Positions 38,964-52,395 are shown, counted from the whole stretch's first letter. The stretch: DNA of 63,875 nt, filler included, from Octopus bimaculoides (GCF_001194135.2; 5 parts of 4 records of this genome joined end to end with filler, not necessarily neighbours in it); one strand, 5' to 3'. The notes: a model not told the origin generated them from the letters alone. Program-made: numbers and translations.

Positions 38964-40643
38964 AAATGAAGGAGTAGCAGGAGGAAGATGATGATAACAA
39001 TAATAGTAACAACAACAAACAAACATAATAATAATAATTATGATAATAATAATAGTGAAAATAATGGTTTTTGGTTTATGGTTTAAGTATTATGACAACA
39101 AGTTCTCAAGGGTGGAGAAGTAGTCTATGCCAGTTCTTGACAGGTGCTTCATTTTATCGCTCCCGGAGGAATGAAACACAAAGCTGGTATTGGAAGGATG
39201 TCAAATCAGAGCATAAAAAAAAGCCAATGAAATATCGCCAGTGATTTCTCAGCGCGTCAACTCTCAGCGTTTGAATCCTGATGTAGGCACAAGGCCAGCA
39301 TGTGTGTGTGCGTGCGAGCGTGTGTGCGCGCGCGTGTGTGTGTGCGTGCATGTGCAAAGAGATCAATAGCATAAGCACCATCATGAAAAGGATATGTGTT
39401 GGGTTTCGATTTAACCAATGTTCGATATAACCTCAGTCTTTCCAATGCTATTTTACAAACTATTCCTAAATTGTTTGCCAAATTGCAGAATTACCAAAAT
39501 CGTTTGGCAGGATTCAGGCAATACATCGGCATTCTCAATCCACCACAATATCAGGACCAAAATCTGAAAGTGAATACTCTATGCTTACTGCAATACGTTC
39601 TCGAGCAACGCACAACTGAATGAACATAAAGAAGTCAAATTTAAAACTCGTTGTAGAATACGTGGAAATTATTGCACAATAATGGTTGTAGAGTTGCCTA
39701 ATCACGGTATATGAATACAGTCATGACATAGGTGAAGATATCTTTCACCGGTGATCGTTTCAACGTCATGTGGGTATTTAAAGAGAAAAAATCACAGCGA
39801 CAGTCGTGCTCTGCATTTTATGGGATGCCTTTTGGAAAGATATAGCACCCGTGCAACCATCCTGCCAAGGATACAGTGGAGTTATGGGACTGCAGAATAG
39901 TAGGTTGTGAAGAGGAAGCGGAAGAGCTCGACTGAGCCAGCGGTGCTTCATAAATTAATGCTGAGCAGAAGAACCCTAGAAGATCAGCAGTTAGGACCCC
40001 CAAGCTTTATCGAGAGAATAACTACAGCGCTTTCATAAGATTGGCGTCCATGGTTGTGTAATCCCGGTTCAAACTCATATTGATGGAATTAGATGGCGCT
40101 TGATAGTCATGGGAATTCGCGAAAGCAACGTGAACAAGAAGATGAAATGTCCACGAAAATTAGATAGCAAACATACCCTAGGAAGTGCCCCCAAGTATAA
40201 GCAACAGGCAGTTATTGGGGTATCAGAATTCACGCCGACAGTGGGATTAATATTTAAAGTCGACTTATTATTGTCATGAGAGATCCCGTAGGAACCAAAT
40301 TCACTCTAATCGAATTCAAATAGCCAACTTGTGATAAGCGATAAGATAGAAATCGCCAGATATGTTAACAAAACCAAAAAAAAAAAAAAGTCCCCATACT
40401 AATAGAAGCTATGGAGATGGTTACAAAACAGGAAAATACTTAATCGTATCTCCATGAATTATGCATAATTTACAGAAGTTATGAGTAGAAGATGATGCAC
40501 ACACGTTACATAAAGAATAATCAATACAACAGGAAAAAATATATATATATATACCCAAAATAATGCAAAACAGTACTCGTATCCAAAGTACACACAGCTG
40601 CCCTCCAGGGAGCAAATATGCACAAATTGTATATAAAACTGAA

Positions 40644-40644
40644 A

Positions 40645-40678
<34 letters not shown>

Positions 40679-40733
40679 GGAGGAGGAGGAGGAGGAGGAG
40701 GACGATGATGATAATGATGAGGATGACGAAGAC

Positions 40734-40777
<44 letters not shown>

Positions 40778-40825
40778 CGACGACGACGACGACGATGACG
40801 ATGATGATGGTGATGATGATGATGC

Positions 40826-40866
<41 letters not shown>

Positions 40867-41066
40867 ATGATGATGACAGTGATGGTGATGATAATTATCA
40901 TAAGACTGGGGAGTAGGAAATGGATGATTATATGTGATGATGATGACGATGACGACGACGACGACGACGACGACGAGGAGGAGGACGATGTTGAAGAAGG
41001 AGGAGGTGCAGATGGCGCAGATGAAAGGAGATATCGATGAAGTTGATGATGCTTACGACGACGACG
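40644..41066. repeat. Compound (GAT/GAC/GAG/GCT)n microsatellite
   Basis: Direct inspection; source of ORFs 40521-41040. Confidence 0.95.
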
Positions 41067-41348
41067 ATTTATAGGGGGCTATGCTTAAAAAAAAAACACA
41101 TCAACAACAAAATTTAGGACCACACCAAGACACGACAACGATAGCAACAATAATAATGTCCTTAAAAAAACAAAAAAACATCAATAACTAAAATGATATT
41201 TATCAAAAATATCTGGTCTTTAGGCAGAACCGATCGATATACTTAGCATAGACAATACGAAGTTGGTGTTATCTAAGTCGATATTTTGTAAGCTTCGTAA
41301 ATATATTTTACATACTACACTTAGTAGTGAAGTTATATTTCTGCAGTC

Positions 41349-41722
41349 ATGGCACTCCGTCGGTTGCTACGACGATGATTCCAGTTGATCCGAACAACGG
41401 AACAGCCTTCTCGTGAAATTAACGTGCAAGCGACTGAGCACTCCACAGACGCGTGTACCATTAATGGGAGATTCAGCGTGACGCAGTGTGTGACATGGCT
41501 GGCCCTTTGAAATACAGGCACAACAGAAACAGGAAGAAAGAGTGAGAGAATGTTGTGGTGAAAAAGTACAGCAGGGTTCGCCACCCCACCCCCTGCCGGA
41601 GCCTCGTGGGGCTTTAGAAGTTTTCACTCAATAAACACTCACAACGCCAGGTCTGGGAATCGAAATCGTGATCCCACGACCGCACGCCCGCTGCCCAAAC
41701 CCCTGGGCCATTGCGCCTCCAC
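41349..41722 (-). mobile_element. Full-length tRNA(Arg-like)-derived SINE
   Basis: Head GTGGAGGCGCAATGGCCCAGGGGTTTGG...GATTTCGATTCCCAG; same body as 54550 and 57428; near-TSD TTCTGYAGT at 41339-41347 and 41725-41733. Confidence 0.85.
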
Positions 41723-41723
41723 A

Positions 41724-41815
41724 CTTCTGTAGTAGCGTAGGTAGAATCCAGCCTTGGTAAGAGACATAGTGTAGCTAAATTCCACTGTAACATAATCAGA
41801 GTAGAAGTGCAGCTC
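41724..41815 (-). CDS. Candidate exon encoding a CUB-domain C-terminus (ELHFYSDYVTVEFSYTMSLTKAGFYLRYY)
   Basis: Spacing V-T-V-E-F-x9-G-F-x-L-x-Y matches the last two CUB strands. Acceptor is weak and a SINE sits at the 3' end. Confidence 0.35.
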
Positions 41816-43112
41816 TTGCAAATGTCATGAGAATATTTGGATTTCTCTCTCTTTCTATTTCTCTCATTCTCTCTCTCTCTTTCTCTCCCCCTCTCTCTCT
41901 CTCTCTCTGTTTTGTTTTGTTTGTTTTGTTTTTTCGTATTCTATTCACAGATATCCATCGTAGTTATTATAGTATTTATCATGTTTATATAACCGTGAAG
42001 TATTCTTACAAAGCTCCGTGCGTTGTAGCATAGTTGATTAGCTTATATAACAATGTAGCCAGTGAACCGTGCATGATTTTCGGTCGTGGTTCTTTCACTC
42101 TGTTGTAATAGGAAATACGGATGAAAATTCTCGTTTCTTCATCGGCAGACGTCAAAAGGACTGATCAACTATTGAACATGAAAGATCAAGGATTTGGCAG
42201 AAACACATACATCCAATACTCAAGCGCACACAAATGCACACGCAATCACACACACAGACAGACGCACACCCACACCACACCCACACACACAGGCAAACAC
42301 ACATACAGATAGATACAGATATACGTACGTAGATACGTATTCTTATTTCCTCAGGCAAACAAACATACATTTATATCTACATATGTAGATGCTTATTGCG
42401 TGTATGTATTTGTGCGTGTGTGCATGTTTGTCTGTGTGGGTGTGTGTTTGTGTGTGTGTGTTTTTATCTGGGTGTGTGTGTGTGCGCGTGTGTGTGCGTG
42501 TGTGTGCGTGTGTGCCTATATACGGTATATATTTCCAGATAAAACTTCACAAATTACTATTTAGTGTTTTCTATTTCGTTTTATCGGACATTCACAAAAT
42601 CGAGAAGTGGAAGCCATCCTGACAACTGTTTTCAAGATTGACCTTCCAACACAATAAAGCATAACTTAGCTCTGAGCAACGAAAACTTAATTTGCTCTTC
42701 TATATTCACACCAATGGTTTTATAAACACATGTACCTAACGATACAAACACACATACACACACATACACACACATACACACACACGTACACGCAGGCGTA
42801 TATTTTCTCTAGTAAAATTGGAATAATAGAAGGATGCCTCGCACCTATAATTCAGTCAGCTTTATCGAAGTGTGTCATCGATACCTAAATGGGATTGGAA
42901 TTTCGATGCACAGGTCTGCCGAATTTCTCCCCGCTGCTTACATGAAGATTCAATAAGTTTTTCAGTTTAGTAGATTGAACCGCAGCTATGGCTAGTCGAA
43001 TTCATTTTACATACAGGGCTGTATGGTAAGACCATTGCTTCCCGACCACGTTGTCCCGGGGCCAGTCGAACTGTGTGACACTTTGGGCTAGCGTCTTCTA
43101 CAATAAGACCGT

Positions 43113-43310
43113 GGGCATATGGTGTAGTGGTTAAGAACGTGGGCTACTAATCCCAAGAATCCGAGTTCGATCCCAGGGCAGTAACCTGAATAATAATAAT
43201 GATATTAATAATAATAATAATAATAATAATAATGATAATAATAATAATAATAATAATAATAACATCGAAAAATACCATAGTAATGAGACCCCAGGTTCGA
43301 AATGTCCCCA
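43113..43310 (+). mobile_element. Third copy of the tRNA-(AAT)n element, ending before the hammerhead
   Basis: Head GGGCATATGGTGTAGTGGTTAAG...GAGTTCGATCCC, (AAT)n, ATCGAAAAATACC...TTCGAAATGTCCCCA, then mariner sequence. Confidence 0.75.
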
Positions 43311-43319
43311 TTGTTTCTG

Positions 43320-44230
43320 CATTGTTTCTCTTCGGTTAAACTGACATCTGACTATTCGAAGACTAGTGGCGACTTCCATTGAAAATGGACAAAATTTGGC
43401 ATCGTTGTGTTATCAAGCACCTGCAGAAAAAGGGTTTAGTCCCTAGGGAATTCATGCTCGCATGGCTGCTACATTAGGGGATGACGTTCCAGTTGTATCA
43501 ACCGTAAAAGTTGGGCAGCTGAATTTAGAAAGGGAAAGTCTTGAAATTCATCTAAGGCCAGGACGTCTTGCGACTATCACCACAGAGGAAGACTTTGATC
43601 GAGTTCATCACATGGTGATGGATGACAGCCGATTGATTATAGTGCAAATAGCCAAATATTAATTGCGTATCGCCTGAGAGTTGAAAATATTCAGCACAAT
43701 AAACTTCGTATGACGTACATTTCTGCTTCGTTGGTGCAACCTCTTCTAACACCTGATTAAAAGCGCACGGGCTGATCATATCACGGGAAAATCTAACTTT
43801 GTGTCACAGACAAAGAGACCATCCATGCAATAGAAACACCCCTCCTCACCTGCTCCAAAGAAGTCAATGTCATTTCATCTGTAGCGGGGGATCCAAAAAG
43901 CAGTGTTTGTTGTCTATCTTGAAAAGGTCCACACCAACAATGACGAATACTATACCAACTTACTGAGGCAGTTACGAAATGCTATGAAGTCCAGACGCCC
44001 GAGAAAACAGGCGATTGAGGTATTGTTACATCAGGACAATGCTCCAGCACACGAGTCCTCAGTTTCTACGACTGCTGTGAACGATTGTAGCTTTGACGTG
44101 GTTGCTCACTGTCCGTATTATCCGGATTTGTTCGCCAATAAAAAAGCAAACTTGCATCGCAAAGAGTATCGCTGTGATAATTACGTTATATCTGTTAATG
44201 ATGACTTGTACACAGGATGGAAGCTTCTCC
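43320..44230 (+). mobile_element. Degraded mariner (Himar/irritans-like) transposase
   Basis: MDKIWHRCVIKHLQKKG...TLGDD.P..STVK, RPGR...TTEE, LLHQDNAPAH, H.PYYPDL. Confidence 0.85.
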
Positions 44231-46829
44231 AGAAATTGGATCCTACCACTACAATACCCTGAGAGTCAGCCTATGAATATTTCGTCCGACTCTCGCAAGT
44301 CTATGAAGTGTTAGTCGGGGATGGGTTTGTTTAGTAGTCAGTCTATTGGTGCTGGAGTTGGTTATGGTGGCGAAGGCGGTCTGATGATAAGCATAATAAT
44401 AGAAGGCGATGACGCTAGTAACTGTGGTGTCTTCGTTGCGAATCTTGAGATCTCTGTCTTTGTACATATGTATGTATGCATGTATGTATGTATGTGTGTG
44501 TGTATGTATGTGTGTATGTATGTATGTGTGTGCATACGCATGTATGTAACTTTGTATGAATGTATATANNNNNNNNNNNNNNNNNNNNNNNNNNNNNNNN
44601 NNNNNNNNNNNNNNNNNNNNNNNNNNNNNNNNNNNNNNNNNNNNNNNNNNNNNNNNNNNNNNNNNNNNNNNNNNNNNNNNNNNNNNNNNNNNNNNNNNNN
44701 NNNNNNNNNNNNNNNNNNNNNNNNNNNNNNNNNNNNNNNNNNNNNNNNNNNNNNNNNNNNNNNNNNNNNNNNNNNNNNNNNNNNNNNNNNNNNNNNNNNN
44801 NNNNNNNNNNNNNNNNNNNNNNNNNNNNNNNNNNNNNNNNNNNNNNNNNNNNNNNNNNNNNNNNNNNNNNNNNNNNNNNNNNNNNNNNNNNNNNNNNNNN
44901 NNNNNNNNNNNNNNNNNNNNNNNNNNNNNNNNNNNNNNNNNNNNNNNNNNNNNNNNNNNNNNNNNNNNNNNNNNNNNNNNNNNNNNNNNNNNNNNNNNNN
45001 NNNNNNNNNNNNNNNNNNNNNNNNNNNNNNNNNNNNNNNNNNNNNNNNNNNNNNNNNNNNNNNNNNNNNNNNNNNNNNNNNNNNNNNNNNNNNNNNNNNN
45101 NNNNNNNNNNNNNNNNNNNNNNNNNNNNNNNNNNNNNNNNNNNNNNNNNNNNNNNNNNNNNNNNNNNNNNNNNNNNNNNNNNNNNNNNNNNNNNNNNNNN
45201 NNNNNNNNNNNNNNNNNNNNNNNNNNNNNNNNNNNNNNNNNNNNNNNNNNNNNNNNNNNNNNNNNNNNNNNNNNNNNNNNNNNNNNNNNNNNNNNNNNNN
45301 NNNNNNNNNNNNNNNNNNNNNNNNNNNNNNNNNNNNNNNNNNNNNNNNNNNNNNNNNNNNNNNNNNNNNNNNNNNNNNNNNNNNNNNNNNNNNNNNNNNN
45401 NNNNNNNNNNNNNNNNNNNNNNNNNNNNNNNNNNNNNNNNNNNNNNNNNNNNNNNNNNNNNNNNNNNNNNNNNNNNNNNNNNNNNNNNNNNNNNNNNNNN
45501 NNNNNNNNNNNNNNNNNNNNNNNNNNNNNNNNNNNNNNNNNNNNNNNNNNNNNNNTATATATATATACATACATATATATATATATATATCTATATATAT
45601 ATATATATATATATATGTATGCAGTGATAGAAAGTAAGGGAAGCAGCGAGAGAGATAAAGAGAGGGGGCGTGAGAGAGATATATATTTACCACATTATGA
45701 ACATAGATGTATCCAGAAATATATCTAATAAATTACTTGGATTGATTATGGTCTAATTAGTGAGAGATATCATCAGCCTATAATAGAAATCTGATTAGAA
45801 AAATCAGGCGATTAATAAGAGTATAATAAAATTAAGTAAGGTATACACTTAATCATTCTGATTAGAATGGACACAACAATGATCTTAATCTTTTCTAATA
45901 TGTATTCTTCATGTCTAATCTCGTCTGCAAAAGTTCCTGCAATCAAGCCTGATTATGTTAATACTAATCAAAAATAATATTGTTAGATGGAACTCATCAT
46001 TTCATATAGATTTTCGAACCTGGTTTTTCTTTCGTGATTTTGATATTTGGCACCAGATAAATAGTGACCTAGCAACCATAGGATGGCAGGCGTTCTAAAT
46101 GTGATTACTGCCTCTTTTTACTCCTGTCAGTTTATGTATAGGTACCCTTCACTGGTGAGCGAGTATAGCTTGGCAGCATGCTATACTTTCGCTAATTGCT
46201 TTTTGTACTATTGTAGTAATAAGCAAACACAGATCCACCCATTTGTGTCCCCACATTCCCACACTCTTTCAAGCACCGCATCCAATATATGACAATTATA
46301 CTGCATGGAAAAGCGTGATAGGAAGTACCTTGCTCAAGAGCACAATTCCCCATTGGGTCCAGAAATTGAACCCTGCACAAAATGGTTGCAAGATGAAATC
46401 GTGTCCACTAGGTCAGACATATTTGGCACTGTATGGGGTTGTATTAAGCAATGTGCCCTTTATCAAGACCGCAAATATTTATTCGAGAGTTGCTTTTCTC
46501 TTTTTTTTTTTGTTTATTCTTTTCGATTGTCACTCATTCCCACGTTACATAATATTCACCAGTTTTGAACGCAATACATGTTCAGCATGGTATTGTAGTC
46601 GAATCACTTGGATTCTAATTAAAATTTGCTAAGTATAGGGTCGTTGCGCTCAATAATACATCATGAAACTGCTTGTAATACTGTCGACATCATCCCATTC
46701 ACTTCAGCTAGCACATTCTCTTTTAACGTTTCATCCTGTGTTTTATATGCAAAACTATCGTTTATATCTTGAGTTTTTGAGCATATATTGAAAACTATAT
46801 AATCCTTTTCAATTTTAGCAAAAGGCCAG

Positions 46830-47490
46830 CTATTTTGATGGGGAGAGGAATTCGATTATATTGATTTCAGCACTCAACTGTGGTTTTGTCTTTGCATTGA
46901 TCACAAAAGCGCGTAAGGCACACTCGAGCGGGTTGTATTTGAACTCAGGATATAAAGAGACAGAAGGAATGCTACTTGCATTTTGTCCGGTGCGGTAACG
47001 ATTCTGTCTGCTCACCGCCTCACTGAAGAATAAATAATGCATGTATATCTAGTATACATGTTTTAGCAAGCATTATAAGTGGACTAGTAAGGCGGCGAGA
47101 GGGCATAATCGTTAGCAAGCCGGACGAAATTTTTAGCGGTATTTCGTCTGCTGGTACGTTCTGAGTTCAAATTTTGCCGAGGTCGACTTTGCCTTTCATC
47201 ATTTCGGAGTCGATAGATTAAGTACCAGTTGTGTGCTGGGGTTGAAATGATTATTGTGGAGTACTAAGACAGTGAGCTGGCAGATTCGTTAGCAAGTTGG
47301 AGGAAATGCTTCGCGGAATTTCGTCTGTCGGTACGTTCTGAGTTCAAATTTTGCTGAGGTCCACTTTACCTTTCATCCTTTCGGGGTCGATAAATTAAGT
47401 ACCAGTGAAACACTGGGGTCGTTGTAATCGACTCATCCCCTCCCCCGAATTGGCTGCTCTTGTGGAATAATTTGAAACCAATATTGTCGG
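46830..47490. mobile_element. Cluster of three Meta-domain-like SINE copies (one minus, two plus)
   Basis: Consensus blocks at 46830-47020 (-), 47085-47240 (+) and 47265-47490 (+). Confidence 0.7.
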
Positions 47491-48085
47491 GTACTAAGGA
47501 AAATGTAGTTAAGCACAAGTCATATATACAAATGTCTATTTACAAACCAATGCTGTTTTCAGTATTCTCTTTCGAAATTTCACTTGACATGATAGTCAAA
47601 TATTCCTTACGTCATGCGCAGCCGTCTCCAAAATTAATGGAGACACATAAATAAGCGTTAGAAATAGCAATTTTGTAAAGGATGTGACACATGAGACACA
47701 TTCGATCGTATGTCGATTGCATCATGCTAATCTTGGTAATAAACAACGAGGAAAATAACAGAGGGAATAACATCTCACATTCAAAACAATGTAATGATAT
47801 CCTTCCTTAGATCCCAAATATGATCTCGATGCCAATATCACTTACAGTATCACAAGACCAACCATGAATCAGTAGATCTAGGATCAATAATATTATGTTT
47901 TTAACCGTACCAAATCTTTTTCAGACATTGTATGTATGTATGTATGTATGTATGTATGTATGTATGTATGTATGTGTATAGATAGATAGATAGATATGGA
48001 TTTATATGCGCGCATATATATATAGAGAGAGAGATAAATGAACACACACACATATATATACACATATATAAATACATACACACAC

Positions 48086-48120
<35 letters not shown>

Positions 48121-49055
48121 NNNNNNNNNNNNNNNNNNNNNNNNNNNNNNNNNNNNNNNNNNNNNNNNNNNNNNNNNNNNNNNNNNNNNNNNNNNNNNNN
48201 NNNNNNNNNNNNNNNNNNNNNNNNNNNNNNNNNNNNNNNNNNNNNNNNNNNNNNNNNNNNNNNNNNNNNNNNNNNNNNNNNNNNNNNNNNNNNNNNNNNN
48301 NNNNNNNNNNNNNNNNNNNNNNNNNNNNNNNNNNNNNNNNNNNNNNNNNNNNNNNNNNNNNNNNNNNNNNNNNNNNNNNNNNNNNNNNNNNNNNNNNNNN
48401 NNNNNNNNNNNNNNNNNNNNNNNNNNNNNNNNNNNNNNNNNNNNNNNNNNNNNNNNNNNNNNNNNNNNNNNNNNNNNNNNNNNNNNNNNNNNNNNNNNNN
48501 NNNNNNNNNNNNNNNNNNNNNNNNNNNNNNNNNNNNNNNNNNNNNNNNNNNNNNNTGTGTGTGTGTGTGTGTATATTACATAACGGAGGTTATATTATCT
48601 AATGCATTTTATGTATTTTCTAAGCAGTGTGATTTCAGGCTGATTTAGATGCTAGCTCATGCAAGTCGAACGATAGCATAGAGACTCCAACGTCATATAA
48701 TAAAATGTAATTACATTATTTGAGTACTAAAACTGTTCGAAATTTATGACTTTCTAGCTTCAGATCAGTCGTTGAACGAAGCTCGCAAAATGAGATAAAA
48801 TATTGGTTTCCTCTTGAGACAATTCAACTATATTTTACAAGTTGAGATAATGGGATATTGTAAAATCCATCCTTTTCCAATGGACATTTACTTATTTATA
48901 TTTTATCACAATCTGTGAACGATAGTGAATCACAATAAACTCCCACCCACACGCGTGATCACACGTCCACACGCGTGACCACACTCACCAATTTCTTTCT
49001 GTTCCAGACATATACACGTAGATACATGCAGTGTTCACACATCCATTCATCCTTA

Positions 49056-49086
<31 letters not shown>

Positions 49087-50576
49087 NNNNNNNNNNNNNN
49101 NNNNNNNNNNNNNNNNNNNNNNNNNNNNNNNNNNNNNNNNNNNNNNNNNNNNNNNNNNNNNNNNNNNNNNNNNNNNNNNNNNNNNNNNNNNNNNNNNNNN
49201 NNNNNNNNNNNNNNNNNNNNNNNNNNNNNNNNNNNNNNNNNNNNNNNNNNNNNNNNNNNNNNNNNNNNNNNNNNNNNNNNNNNNNNNNNNNNNNNNNNNN
49301 NNNNNNNNNNNNNNNNNNNNNNNNNNNNNNNNNNNNNNNNNNNNNNNNNNNNNNNNNNNNNNNNNNNNNNNNNNNNNNNNNNNNNNNNNNNNNNNNNNNN
49401 NNNNNNNNNNNNNNNNNNNNNNNNNNNNNNNNNNNNNNNNNNNNNNNNNNNNNNNNATATATATCTATATCTATATATATATATATTACAACTGGAGTGT
49501 ATTTCCATGCATAAAAATCAAATGGAAGATATTTGTAGAATTAAGTAATGAATTACGAATATAGTTAAGAGTGTGCGTCTGTATGAATGTACTTCTGTTC
49601 GCGCGTGCGCACATACACACGCACACGTGCACGCACACATACACACATACACACATACACACACGCATACATATATTATATTATATATGAGCACACATAC
49701 ACACATAGGCACGCCTACACAATCTGTTTTTTTTTTTCTTTCTGTAGTCAGATTATGGAACTTTTGTTGCAAAAAGTGTTTTTCCTGTCGGAAACCTGAG
49801 AAGTAACTAAAAGTTATTCACTCTTTATACATATTCGGTAGGTTAACATCACGTAATGTAAAGACATTGTCTCTCCACTGAATATGCAAGCTATTAAGTT
49901 TTTCTTTAGAACGCTCACTACAATGTCTCCCCATAAATAATAATTCATTAATGTAAAAAAATGTCTCGATGTATGAGAGATGACTATATATATATTAATT
50001 CAACCGGGTGACTTCGATAGGGCTTCAGCCGTTTCAAATTCATGAAGTAGTGTTAAATTTCATGTAATATTAAATGAAACAGTGTTAAATTTGGAATACT
50101 TAATACTGTACGAAGAGAGGATCTGAGAAACGATGAAGAAAAGGGGAGGCTCGAGGTTCTTCTTTTGCAGACTCGTCTTCCGATCTAGAGAGATGTCACC
50201 AATCTCGGTAATATCACCAATCTCTAATGCCATTATATATTTCTCCTCTTCTTCTCTCAAATTTAGGGACACACATTCTTATATATACGTGCATACATAT
50301 GTATATACATATACGCACAAACACACACACATATATGTATGTGTGTGTTTGTGCGTATGTATATATATATGAATGTATATATACATATATACTTTATTTT
50401 TGGGGGTTAACCAGTCTACTGATGGTTTTTATGAGAAAATCTCGAAGTAATCATCATGCCTAACACATGCAGACGCTGGTACTCGTCTTCATTCGTAGCC
50501 TACATACATACATACATGCATACANNNNNNNNNNTACATACATACATACATACATACATACATACATGCATACATA

Positions 50577-50739
50577 CATTATTGGGACTTTGGGATATGT
50601 AACATCCTACCTAAATACCAATCTTGAGAAATTAGGCTTCTTAAAACCAGAAAGGAGAAAGCTAATTCGAAAACTACAGATCCAATCCATCTCTGGAACT
50701 GTAAAAATCTGTAAAACTTTCCAGAAGTTTATCATTTAA
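50577..50739 (+). mobile_element. C-terminal fragment of a restriction-like-endonuclease non-LTR retrotransposon (HERO/NeSL/R4 type)
   Basis: IIGTLGYV...LEKLG...LIRKLQIQSISGTVKICKTF* resembles the IIGALG...L..LG...LQ..A..GT..I..F terminal block of RLE LINEs; flanked by (CATA)n and (TA)n. Confidence 0.55.
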
Positions 50740-50789
50740 ATATATANNNNNNNNNNTATATATATATATATATATATATGCGTGCATAC

Positions 50790-51440
50790 ATTCAAAAGAG
50801 GTGGTATCAAAAAGTTCCCGGAATGGTTCTGTAGCGCGCCAACAGTTAGCGGTGAGACATCCATGAGCCAGTGTGCCGAGTGACATTCATGTGTTTACTT
50901 CGCAGGTTGTGAAATGTGTGTTTTTGTGATCATGTGTATGCTGAGGTAGGAAATGGACAGGAAGTTAGAACAAAGAACCAACGTTAAACTTTGCGCCATA
51001 TTTGGGAAGTCGGAGACATTGAGCATGCTTCGGTGAGATTACGGCGACGGGGTAATGGCTCGCACGCAATGTTTCCAGTGTCACCGGCGTTTCAAAAGCG
51101 GAAGAATAATCCTGGAAGATGATGAGCAATTTGGAAGAACTGCCATGAGCGTCACTCTCGGAAATGTAGTATTGGGCATCGAGAATTCGCACCCTAGGGC
51201 CAGAACGTCGATCGTTTTGAAGCGTTTAAAAGAGAAACTTCGCGAAAGCGACCAGGTATGTGGAGCGCGAAATATTGGAGTATTCTCGACGTAAATGCAC
51301 TCTCTCATCGAGTTCCCTTATCTTGTGAGTTTCTCGCCAAAAACAACATCTTATCGCTCCGCATACACTCTATTCGCCATGTTTAGCACTTTCCGTCTTC
51401 CATCACTTCTCCGAGATGAACATGGAGCCCAAATGTCTTC
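50790..51440 (+). mobile_element. Internally deleted mariner remnant
   Basis: MDRKLEQRTNVKLC..GKS..ETL.ML...FKSGR..LEDDE..GR N-terminus joined to a degenerate EFLAKN.I..LPH..YSP.L C-terminus. Confidence 0.75.
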
Positions 51441-52205
51441 TGGGCTCGATAAAATAAAAACCAGATGAGAACTGGAGTCGATGTAATCGTCTTAACTTCT
51501 CCTGGATATGAATATAAAAACTGCATCCATCTGCCAAGCAATTTCGAGCTATAGTGGTGGAAAGAGCAAGTTCACCAGGCCACTATGATTTCAAACTCAA
51601 CTTTAAGGCCTCCACATCGTACCGTGATTTGTGGAGATAATATGCTGCAGCCCTCGTCATACAATGGACTGAACATGGGTGATCTCATCCAATACACACA
51701 CACATGCTTACACAGACACACACACACACACACACACACAAAGGATTCTGCGGTACACGTGTTTCAAACTTTATACCTGTTACATCAGNNNNNNNNNNCA
51801 CACACAAAGGATTCTGCGGTACACGTGTTTCAAACTTTATACCTGTTACATCAGTGTATAATTGACAGTATAAAGCTATCTTCAGCCGCAAACGTATTCT
51901 TTCCCAAGAATTATATCACATAGAAGTTAAAGGTGGAAGAAAGATGAGATATAAGAGGTGAGGTTCCGTTTGGTATTTTGCATTGTAATATACCTCGTAG
52001 AATTCTTAATTTGATATATTTATACATAATTTCCTCGGTACTCCGGAATCCGTCCATACCTTGCCACAATTCAGTGTGTAGTGAACGCTAGGTAAACAAT
52101 ACTATTTTATATTAGTTAGGAGGGCTATTGCAGAAGCTATGATAGATCGCTGACCAAAACATTCAATTTTTTTTCTCCGTGTTTTTCTCCTTGTTTTCTC
52201 CGTAT

Positions 52206-52242
52206 TCTTTCTGTTGAAGAGCGTAGCTCGAAACGTTAAAGA
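52206..52242 (+). ncRNA. Minimal hammerhead-like motif with variant core CUGUUGA
   Basis: UCUUU-CUGUUGA-A-GAGC[GUA]GCUC-GAAAC-GUU-AAAGA: perfect 5-bp stem I and 4-bp stem II. Confidence 0.5.
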
Positions 52243-52334
52243 CTTTCCGTATTCCCGAGCGTCATACTAATATATCCTTTTGTTGTTTACACGACTTGTC
52301 CTCGTCTGTTGTTTTTTTTTCGTACATTCTCTCC

Positions 52335-52395
<61 letters not shown>

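Noticed and set aside
48640-48675. CATGCAAGTCGAACG, identical to a conserved 16S rRNA 5' motif
   Set aside because: Only 15 nt match and the flanks do not continue as rRNA; compatible with chance.
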